64,000 nt of DNA from Macrostomum lignano (taxonomy: Eukaryota). The translations under genes and the position numbers were made by a program. Positions within the stretch are counted from its first letter, which is position 1; each line of letters opens with the position of its first letter. The stretch covers positions 248,001 through 312,000 of the forward strand of contig NIVC01000691.1 of the NCBI GenBank assembly GCA_002269645.1, given 5' to 3'. Positions 53,901 to 64,000 of this stretch are shown one piece after another. The notes beneath the pieces were generated by a model, which saw nothing but the letters and a program-made list of their open reading frames with translations, searched no databases and had not been told where the DNA came from.

Positions 53901-56900
53901 GAGGTCAGTGGGGTCAGATGCCCTTCTAGTGAATATGGGGGTCATACGAGCTATTCTCTCAAAAAATCTTGCCTCCATCGCAAAAAATTGGCGCTAAAAT
54001 CTCACCGGCGGCTAGCGCTAAATTGGCGCTAAAATCTCACCTGCGGCTAGCGCTAAATTGGCGCTAGAATCTCACCTGCGGCTAGCGCTAATTATTTGGT
54101 GCTAAAATCTCACCTGAGGCTAGCGCTAAATTGGCGCTAAAATCTCACCTGAAGCTAGCGCTAAATTGGCGCTAGAATCTCACCTGCGGCTAGCGCTAAT
54201 TAATTTGTGCTAAAATCTCACCTGAGGCTAGCGCTAAATTGGCGCTAAAATCTAAATATACTAAATCCTATATACTAAAAATGGTCTGTCTGTGTCTATG
54301 TGATCGATTAGAGAAAAAATGGCTGGACCGATTTTGTTCGAACTTGCACTGTTCGATCAGAAATTTTCCCGTGACGGTACATGCATCGTGGCTAAGAAAT
54401 TGCTCGATGCTAAAGGCATTAAATATTCGAAAAACATGCTTTTTTGCAAAGGTCAAGCAAACTTTTCGACTTGAAATGCATTGTAAGAATGCTAGAGAAA
54501 AAACTGACTGGTTGAATTCTGATTCTGAAATAGATTGCATCATAACTGAATTGTAACTCAGTGTGGAAGCGTAGCACCAGACTTGATTTAAATTGCGTAA
54601 CCATATTGTTAACTGATACTGACTGACTGAGAAACTGATTATGTCATAACTGCTTCGTGTAATTTACTCTATGCTTGGATTTTAAAGTGTTGAATTATAT
54701 AAGTGCAAAATTTGATGTTATCAAAACGATGAGAGCTAGCCTAGAGGTGAACAAACTGAACTGCTAAATGCAGTTTGGTTCGAATTGGTTCGAATTTTCA
54801 TAGAGTATAATTTTTTTAATTAAAGCTTTTCAACATCAGGAAAACTAAAAGACTTTTTAAAAAGAAGCGTCATGTAAAAATCATAGAAGCGTCATGTAAA
54901 CAATCATAGAAGCGTCATGTAAAAAATCGTAGAAGCGTCATTTAAAAATCATAGAAGCGTTATCTAAAAAAATCATAGAAGCGTAATTTAAAAAAATCAT
55001 AGAAGCGTCATGTAAACAATCATAGAAGCGTCATGTAAACAATCATAGAAGCGTCATAAAAACAATCATAGAAGCGTCATGTAAAAAATCATAGAAGCGT
55101 CATGTAAACAATCATAGAAGCGTCATGTAAACAATCATAGAAGCGTCATGTAAAAAATCATAGATGCGTCATGTAAAAAATCATAGAAGCGTCATTAAAA
55201 AATCATAGAAGCGTCATTTAAAAAATCATACAAGCGTCATGTAAACAATCATAGAAGCGTCATGTAAAAAATCATAGAAGCGTCATATAAAAATCATAGA
55301 AGCGTCATGTAAAAAATCATAGAAGCGTCATGTAAAAAATCATAGAAGCGTCATGTAAACAATCATAGAAGCGTCATGTAAAAAATCATAGAAGCGTCAT
55401 ATAAAAATCATAGATGCGTCGTTTAAAAAGTCATAGAAGCGTCATGTAAAAAATCATAGAAGCGTCATTAAAAAATCGTAGAAGCGTCTTTTAAAAAATC
55501 ATAGAAGCGTCATATAAAAATCGTAGAAGCGTCATGTAAAAAATCATAGAAGCGTCATGTAAACAATCATAGAAGCGTCATGTAAAAAATCATAGAAGCG
55601 TCATAAAAACAATCATAGAAGCGTCATATAAAAATCGTAGAAGCGTCATGTAAACAATCATAGAAGCGTCAAGTAAAAAATCATAGAAGCGTCATGTAAA
55701 CAATCATAGAAGCGTCATGTAAAAAATCGTAGAAGCGTCATATAAAAATCATAGAAGCGTCATTTAAAAAATCATAGAAGCGTCATGTAAAAAATCATAG
55801 AAGCGTCATTAAAAAATCGTAGAAGCGTCTTTTAAAAAATCATAGAAGCGTCATATAAAAATCGTAGAAGCGTCATGTAAACAATCATAGAAGCGTCATG
55901 TAAACAATCATAGAAGCGTCATGTAAAAAATCATAGAAGCGTCATAAAAACAATCATAGAAGCGTCATATAAAAATCGTAGAAGCGTCATGTAAACAATC
56001 ATAGAAGCGTCAAGTAAAAAATCATAGAAGCGTCATGTAAACAATCATAGAAGCGTCATGTAAAAATCGTAGAAGCGTCATATAAAAATCATAGAAGCGT
56101 CATTTAAAAAATCATAGAAGCGTCATGTAAAAAATCATAGAAGCGTCATGTAAACAATCATAGAAGCGTCATTTAAAAAATCATAGAAGCGTCATATAAA
56201 AATCGCAGAAGCGTCATGTAAACAATCATAGAAGCGTCATTTAAAAAATCATAGAAGCGTCATGTAAACAATCATAGAAGCGTCATGTAAACAATCATAG
56301 AAGCGTCATGTAAACAATCATAGAAGCGTCATGTAAAAAATCATAGAAGTGTCATGTAAACAATCATAGAAGCGTCATGTAAACAAACATAGAAGCGTCA
56401 TGTAAACAATCATAGAAGCGTCATGTAAAAAATCGTAGAAGCGTCATGTAAACAATCATAGAAGCGTCATGTAAACAATCATAGAAGCGTCATGTAAACA
56501 ATCATAGAAGCGTCATGTAAAAAATCGTAGAAGCGTCATGTAAACAATCATAGAAGCGTCATGTAAAAAATCGTAGAAGCGTCATGTAAACAATCATAGA
56601 AGCGTTATGTAAAAATCATAGAAGCGTCATGTAAGCAATCATAGAAGCGTCAAGTAAACAATCATAGAAGCGTCATGTAAACAATCATAGAAACGTCATA
56701 TAAATCATAGAAGCGTCATGTAAACAATCATAGAAGCGTCATGTAAAAATCGTAGAAGCGTCATGTAAACAATCATAGAAGCGTCATGTAAAAAATCGTA
56801 GAAGCGTCATGTAAACAATCATAGAAGCGTCATGTAAAAAATCATAGAAGCGTCATGTAAACAATCATAGAAGCGTCATGTAAAAAATCATAGAAGCGTC

Positions 56901-59900
56901 ATGTAAACAATCATAGAAGCGTCATGTAAACAAACATAGAAGCGTCATGTAAACAATCATAGAAGCGTCATGTAAAAAATCGTAGAAGCGTCATGTAAAC
57001 AATCATAGAAGCGTCATGTAAACAATCATAGAAGCGTCATGTAAACAATCATAGAAGCGTCATGTAAAAAATCGTAGAAGCGTCATGTAAAAATCATAGA
57101 AGCGTCATGTAAAAAATCGTAGAAGCGTCATGTAAACAATCATAGAAGCGTTATGTAAAAAATCATAGAAGCGTCATGTAAGCAATCATAGAAGCGTCAT
57201 GTAAACAATCATAGAAGCGTCATGTAAACAATCATAGAAACGTCATATAAAAATCATAGAAGCGTCATGTAAAAATCATAGAAGCGTCATTTAAAAATCA
57301 TAGAAGCGTCATGTAAACAATCATAGAAGCGTCATGTAAAAATCGTAGAAGCGTCATGTAAACAATCATAGAAGCGTCATGTAAAAAATCGTAGAAGCGT
57401 CATGTAAACAATCATAGAAGCGTCATGTAAAAAATCATAGAAGCGTCATGTAAGCAATCATAGAAGCGTCATGTAAACAATCATAGAAGCGTCATGTAAA
57501 CAATTATAGAAACGTCATATAAAAATCATAGAAGCATCATGTAAAAATCATAGAAGCGTCAAGAAAAAATCATAGAAGCCTCATTTAAAACTAATGAAAG
57601 TGTCATTTAAAAAATTAGGAAGCGTCATGGTAGAATAAAAGAAACGTCATGTCAGACATGAAGGGTTCATGTAAAAATTAAATGCAACTATAATGCTGTG
57701 CTGGGGAGAAAAACTGAGACGTAAAGGCTCTCAGAGAATAACTGAGATTACGGGGGGGGGTTTCTGAGATGTCAAAGCAAAAGTCAGAAGCTACTTCAAA
57801 GTTCATGTACTTTACTCCATTTTTTATTGCATTCTTTGTTGGCTCGTCACGGGGGGGGCGCTGATAGAAGAAGAGTCATGTAAAAAATAAAAGTAGCACT
57901 ATGTATACATAAAAGAAAAGTCATGTCGAAGTTAAAAGATTCATTTGGGAATTGCTACGATGTCAAAGCTAGGTGGAAATCGTTATAGTGCTGTGATTCT
58001 TAAAGAAGGAATCACTAAAATGTCAAGGCTTAGGGGAGAAGAATTGCTGAGATTTCAAGGCTTTAGGTTGGGTTAAAGTTAGGTTTAGGTCAGGTGTGGG
58101 TTGAGGGTTATATTTTATCGGGTTTCAAGGTTAGCAGGGGATTTTTCAGATTTCAAGGTTTATGGGGGCCATCGCTGACATGTTAAGGCTTACGGGGGGA
58201 ATAGCTGAGATGTCAAGGCTCACGGGGGTATAAATGAGATTTCAAGGCTAAAGTCAGAAGCTACACGTTGTAGTTTATTGAAAACTTTTTATTACATTAT
58301 TTGATGCCTCCTCAGGGGAGGGATCGCTGATAAAAAAGCGTAATGTAAAAAATAAAAGAAGCTTCATGTCAAAGTTAAGAGATTCATTTGGGAATCCCTA
58401 CGATGTTGAGGCTTGCAAGGAATCGCTATAATGCTGTAGTAGTGCTATAATGACTCTTAGAGAGAATTACTGAAATTTCAATGCTTTAGGGTTAGGGTTA
58501 GGGTTAGGGTTAGGCTAGGGTTAGGGTTAGAAGGTTGACAGATATTTTTAGATTTCCAAGGCTTATTGGGGGCATTGCTGAGATGTCAAGGGGGGAAGTT
58601 GATATGTTAAAGCTTGTGGGGGGGGGAATTACTGACATGTCAAGGCTTACAAGGTTTGACAGGAGATTTTTTAAGATTTCAAGGATACATGTAGCTTATT
58701 AAAAAAACGTGTATTGCATTTCTTTGGCTCCCCAACGGGGGGCGTAGATTGCTAGTCTCACCTGAAGCTAGCGCTAAATTGGCGCTAAAATCTCACCTGC
58801 GGCTAGCGCTAATTAATTGGTGCTAAAATCTCACCTGAGGCTAGCGCTAAATTGGCGCTAAAATCTCACCTGAAGCTAGCGCTAAATTGGCGCTAAAATC
58901 TCACCTGCGGCTAGCGCTAATTAATTGGTGCTAAAATCTCACCTGAGGCTAGCGCTAAATTGGCGCTAAAATCTCACCTGAAGCTAGCGCTAAATTGGCG
59001 CTAAAATCTCACCTGAAGCTAGCGCTAATTTGGCGCTAAAATCTCACCCGAGGCTAGCGCTAGTTAATTGGCGCTAAAATCTCACTTGTGATGCTAAAAT
59101 GGCCTACAAATATCACGGCTTAAGTCATATTCTACAAAAAAAAGTTTTAATTTTCAATGCATAAACTTCGCTCATTAGTTGCCTCGCCTAAGCCACTGAC
59201 TCTTCAACTCACCCATACCTCACACTCGCACTCAGAAGCACCCCAGAGGCCCAAGTGCCGGTGGCTCAGACCATGTCAGTGGGCACACCAGACTCTCTCC
59301 TGTTCGCCTCCAGTAAGCCAGTTAATTGGACATTGCACGCAACATTTCTCTGCTTGACTCTCTTCATCTTGAGAGATTTTCTACCTTTTTGCTTTGTCTT
59401 ATCTTTCTATCGATTTCGTAGCGGCGGGAACTGCAGATCGATTTGGTTGATTAATCAATACCTGGGAGATTAGCAGGTAAATCCTGAAAAAACGAGCACT
59501 TTTTTCTGCTATAAAGTCGCTGCTAGTCTGTTGGAAATCTTCTCCAGAGCTTGTGAGTCACGTGACTATACAGATAATTCGAAAATGCACGCAAAATCAG
59601 AAATTACATATTTAAGACAGTGTTCGAATCGCTTTTTGCTTGCATTTTGCAAAAAATGGTGAGCAAAGTTAAGCAGGATTTGGTCACGGTTAGAAAGCTC
59701 AAATTATTAAATACGATGCATGTTCAGTGACAAATTAATTTGAAGTCCAGCTTATTCAGATTATTCCACATAATCTGATTCTTATTCTTATTCCACACTC
59801 ACATTGTCCACTCTCCCAATGTCCACTCTCACATTGTCTACTCTCACATTGTCAACTCTCACATTGTCCACTCTCACATTGTCAACTCTCACATTGTCTA

Positions 59901-60383
59901 CACTCGCATTGTCCACTCTCACGATGTCACTCTCACATCGTCCACTCTCACACTGTCCACACTCGCATTGTTCACTCTCACATTGTCCACACTCACATTT
60001 CCACTCTCACATTGTCTCTCCCACAACAGGTCTGGTTTCAAAACGCCAGAGCCAAGTTCCGTCGCAGTCTGCTGAGACAGGAGGTGACGCCAGGTAATCC
60101 GGACTCTACTTCTGCTGCCGCTGTGGCCGCCGCCGCCGCCGCCGCCGCCGCCGCCTCCGACTGCCCAGCAGAGGCCGCAGACGAGTCTGCCACCGTTGGC
60201 GTAGCCGACCTGGACCTTCTGGCTGCCAGCAGAGTCGACTCCATCTCGGACACTAGCTCCGATTACCTGGAGCTTCGCCTGACGAATGGCGCAGCCGAAT
60301 ACTCTGACTCGGTGCTCGACGACAACTCGAGCTCGGCGATGCAGCCTGCAGATGCCTGCTGCTCGTCAGGGCTATCGAGCTGA
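47958..60383 (+). CDS. Lhx2/9: LIM-homeobox transcription factor, Lhx2/9 (apterous) class, 380 aa
   Basis: Exons 47958-48226, 52049-52377, 53633-53823, 60030-60383, phases 2, 1 and 0. Two LIM domains (CSGC..WHAECLRCAAC..C; CARC..FHLDCFVCATC..C), the linker FYNGTGAVQKGRPRKK, and the homeodomain KRMRTSFKHHQIRTMKAYFGLNHNPDAKDLKQLAEKTGLSKRVLQ|VWFQNARAKFRRSLLRQE. Confidence 0.96.
48316..49905. repeat. 35-bp minisatellite grading into a 36-bp variant (TCAGGAGTTTAGTGTCAGGAGAGCTGACTACAGAG) in Lhx2/9 intron 1
   Basis: Visible array. Confidence 0.96.
52395..53095. repeat. 49/54-bp minisatellite in Lhx2/9 intron 2
   Basis: Unit GTGTGCGGTTTCGTGTTCTGCTGGTTTCTAAGAATCAGGGGCTGCAGTT, starting about 20 nt after the donor. 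Confidence 0.95.
53985..54250. repeat. 35/39-bp minisatellite (GGCGCTAAAATCTCACCTGAAGCTAGCGCTAAATT), left half
   Basis: Visible array that resumes at 58756 after the Helitron. Confidence 0.93.
54860..57620. repeat. About 23-bp satellite (ATCATAGAAGCGTCATGTAAAMA) inside the Helitron
   Basis: Visible array of about 2.7 kb. Confidence 0.97.
58486..58530 (+). repeat. Short interstitial (TTAGGG)n tract inside the Helitron
   Basis: About 7 telomere-type hexamers, two of them variant. Confidence 0.85.
58756..59085. repeat. 35/39-bp minisatellite, right half
   Basis: Same unit as 53985-54250, continuing in register. Confidence 0.93.
59790..60018. repeat. 15-bp minisatellite (CATTGTCCACTCTCA) abutting the acceptor of Lhx2/9 exon 4
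   Basis: Visible array. Confidence 0.92.
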
Positions 60384-60514
60384 GCAGCACATCGAGCAGT
60401 CAGACACTGTTTACACTCTGTTTTGGTGATACTTTACTGTTTGTAGTCTCTTCCAAACTCGTTTCATTGACTATCTGATTTTTTTTCTATCGGCCTAGAG
60501 AATTAAGAAGCAGT

Positions 60515-60930
60515 TGCTTCTTGCACGGGTCTCTTCTGTCAAGCCGTCATGTCTTGCACGGGTCTCTTCTTTCAAGCAGTCATGTCTTGCACGGGTCTCT
60601 TCTATCAAGCACTTATGTCTTGCACGGGTCTTTTCTATCAAGCAGTCATGTCTTGCACGGGTCTTTTCTATCAAGCAGTCATGTCTTGCACGGGTCTCTT
60701 CTATCAAGCAGTCATGTCTTGCACGGGTCTCTTCTGTCAAGCAGTCATGTCTTGCACGGGTCTCTTCTATCAAGCAGTCATGTCTTGCACGGGTATCTTC
60801 TGTCAAGCAGTCATGTCTTGCACGGGTATCTTCTGTCAAGCAGTCATGTCTTGCACGGATCTCTTCTATCAAGCAGTCATGTCTTGCACGGGTCTCTTTT
60901 ATCAAGCAGTCATGTCTTGCACGGGTATCT
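60515..60930. repeat. 33-bp minisatellite (GTCATGTCTTGCACGGGTCTCTTCTATCAAGCA) downstream of the Lhx2/9 stop codon
   Basis: Visible array. It explains the ORFs 60495-60996. Confidence 0.95.
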
Positions 60931-63900
60931 TTATTTACTCGCTTTTGTCGTACTCAATTAAGTTTTTGTGTAGTGCTGATTAAAAAAATTATATAATGGA
61001 TGCTTTACCCAGCCACTGCTACAAGAGTCCATCGGTTTCTCTGTCGTACTCAACTTACCACTCGAACAATATCAATCATAACCGTGCATAGCTCTAAACT
61101 AGCGCGCCGGCAGCAGATGCACCCAAGGACAATTCGAAATAAATTCGATTCTCTCTCTATAGCTGTACCGCAGTTGCCAATGCACTAGCTATTGAACCAA
61201 TATTGCACCCTGGCACCACATTTTGCACCTTCTGTAATTACTTGTTAATTAGCACAATTAGGAACTACATTATCTATCTAGCCGCAGTTTATTAGCTCAG
61301 CAACAATACTACACGGGGATTTCTAAGATTCAGCCTGAAATGAACTTATTAGGAACCAAGTGACTGTTTTGCTTAAATGACTTAGTTTTTATTAGTTCAG
61401 TGCAAAATTGGTTTCCAATTGAGTTAGCTATTGAAATACATATATATCTGTGCATCGAATGTAAATATTGGACTGTGGCTAGTTATATAAAGAAACGAAT
61501 TTGATCAAAAAATTTATTCTTTGCTTTTGTTGCTTTTAAAAGCCGGATTGTTAGAAGCCAATAAAACTCTTAAAAATCTTTACAGTTAAATCCACCAAGA
61601 AACTGTCAGGGAAACCGCTGGTGAAAAACTTACACAGGAAAACATTTAACTCGAGTGAGTCTAGTCATCGAACTCAAGGGTTCCCTCTGGTTGAGAAGTG
61701 GCCAATGGCAGCTCAAGAGTTCCAAGATTTGCCGCCGCGCACTGAAGAACTGATGGTGGCATCCCGCTGTGCCAGCGCCATTCAAGATGAAGAATGCAGA
61801 ATTAATGGCAAAAAAAGATTGAGCCGGAGAAACATCGCAGATGAAAACATCCTCTTGACGCTGCGTGCTTCGATTTGAAATCCGACACCAGCAGTTCCAC
61901 CGGCTTCTGGGTGACAGTTCAGCTCACAGTAGGCCTCTCCACTGGACTCCGGTTTCCTCTCGAGTCCGCCTGGCTAATCCTATTGTTAAGCCTTGTTGAT
62001 ATAAGAGGTCGCCGTTGCATGACGTCATTTGATCCGTTTTGACTCGGCCTCTCCTTGGTCGGTGCTGGGGCCCAAGGTTGCCGATATCATTAGACACACA
62101 GTTACCTGAGTAGACATTTAGGCACTGGCTTGTTGCTAAAATATTTTATTTATGTAGATACCTGCTTAAACACATAGTTTCACAAGTCCTAAAATTAGAA
62201 CTCAAAATGTATGCTCTTGATTTTATGGGCTGCATTGTCTTAGACATAAACCACAGGGATACATCATTTTCTTTTGCTTTCTAAGAAACATGACATCAAG
62301 CCTGACTTAATGGTCCAAGCAAAAACTGATTTCAAAGCTACTAACTCCCATCTGTTGTGGTTCTACAAGTTGAAACAGACGCCATCGCAGTCTCATCCAG
62401 TTGCAATTCGTAAATGACTGCATAGAAACTTTTTAATTAGTGAAAAAGGCATCTTCAACTACAGGCCTACCTACTGTGGCAGGGTCGCCAAAAAGCATAC
62501 AATCAGCGGGGACGCACAACTCGATACAGACACCCCCCAAAGTGATCTGTCTGACTGCTTGGGAACAGCCAATCCCCCTGTTTTGTAACGAACAGCCTCC
62601 GAAAATGCCAGGTCAGTGCAGCTGCGCAAGTTGCGCCAGATTTGCGAAGCTGTGCTAACGAGCAAAAAGCGATCGATGTAGAAAACCGGTTTAAGAAGAC
62701 GACACCGAAGGTGCAAAAATATGGCTTTAGTGTCGCATATTGCAGATACAACACCGAATCAGTTGAATTTATACGCTATAGCCCATACAGTTTCTGTTGT
62801 TGAAATTTTTTTCTCGCGAATCTTGAAAAGCTAAAAAGCAGATATTCATTCATGCATGGGATCCCGCTCTAGAAGATCTGTAGGACAGTGGGGAAAAAGT
62901 TTTTTGAACGCATCTTATGGGATTGCATAATCTATCTGGCTACCTGTCCCTCAGACCCACTCAGCAGCTCCCGGCTCTGTTCACTTCTCTCTGGGCATCC
63001 CTACTGCAAAGAATCAGGCCACAATAAGTGGCCTCGTTAATCCGTAACAAGGCTAAAAGACAACTGTGTGTCTTCGCGGGGGTGCTTTTCCGATGTCTTC
63101 ACCCAAAGATATTCATTTTATTCCCATGCATCCACATATTGACTTTGACTGGAACATTTTTCTCTTCTAAGAATCAGATCCGTCTCACTCGCCCCACCTT
63201 TTTTATACCTCGAGGGCAGGTAGCGAGCCCTGTTCCGGCATTACTGTGGCTCATTTATTCGCTGGTTCGAGTTGGATCAGACAGACGGACTGACAGACTA
63301 AGATTCCCTGTGCTTCTCCTTATCTGGGGAAGGACATCACAGAAGGATTAATCCATGATGAAAAAAATTATCTTCACATATTTCTCTCTCTCCCATTTGT
63401 CTTTGACTGACTATGGCTAAAGTGAATAAGATTAGTTCCGGAACTGTAATAGGGACTTAGACTTAGCTCTAGATAGCATTTTGACTTTCTGCCTCCGGGG
63501 CTAAGAACCATTAGCCAGTCAGTGGCTGCTGTGCTGGCATCCCTATTTGTGCTGATGTCTATGATCAAATTATCTACTTGGTTTTCTTAACTATCAACTT
63601 GGCTGACAAAAGCAATAGTATTCTTTTGAGTATGTAAGCTGACAATATCCGTTCCCGCCGGGATGGTCATCAGGACTGTCCATAGACTATAGCTGCCCCC
63701 ATACAGTTGACTGGGCTGTACATTGCACTGTACATTGCTTATTGCTTATCAACTCATTTCATTACTTTTACCATAGACAATCCAGAGTGAAACGAAAAAC
63801 TGTCTAAATAAAAACTTTAAATGGTTTCCATTTACATAAGAATGCTTTAAATAGGAAAATGAAAAACGAAAATTTAATATGCATGTCGGTTTTCTTGAAA

Positions 63901-64000
63901 ATAGACTGAGAAAGTTGTTAAGGCTTTATACGCAATTTGAAGCGCATGACAGTTTCAATTTCTTTATGGAATTCAAAATATTTGCCTAAAGTAGAAGTAT

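Larger units (their letters stand above)
54251..58755 (+). mobile_element. Non-autonomous Helitron (4505 bp) in Lhx2/9 intron 3
   Basis: It starts TC (TCTAAATATAC…GTCTGTCTGTG…GGCTGGACCGATTTTG) and ends with a GC hairpin GCTCCCC-AAC-GGGGGGC (58727-58743), 8 nt, then CTAG. It is inserted between A and T of the host unit GGCGCTAAAA|TCTCACCTG with no TSD. No Rep/helicase ORF is present. Confidence 0.85.

Noticed and set aside
61600-63570. Several short ORFs and splice-like signals near the window end
   Set aside because: No consistent gene model or recognisable product could be derived.

Overview
Eukaryotic (metazoan) genomic DNA with GC-rich exons, AT-rich spacers and GT-AG introns that are almost all filled with tandem repeats. 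This style suggests a free-living flatworm such as Macrostomum (inference only). I reconstructed these genes by hand from splice sites and reading phase: an ankyrin-repeat gene ending in a CaaX motif (+, 6138-13472, 12 exons), AIP (-, 17649-20564), a partial DEG/ENaC channel (+, 29034-32749), ODAD1/CCDC114-CCDC63 (-, 39908-44451, two apparent frameshifts) and Lhx2/9 (apterous) (+, 47958-60383). The ORF track misses two small two-exon genes for secreted peptides (-, 1908-3479 and -, 26076-27286). Each has a 94-nt signal-peptide exon with Cys-Cys at residues 28-29 and a phase-1 intron. Mobile elements: a 4.5-kb non-autonomous Helitron inserted at an A|T site in Lhx2/9 intron 3, a MITE family with 8-bp TSDs upstream of AIP, a tRNA-derived SINE and a tRNA-Met-like relic. 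There is a 525-N gap at 35715-36239. Most long ORFs in the track are artefacts of tandem repeats. No database search or prediction tool was run, so all assignments come from motif recognition.
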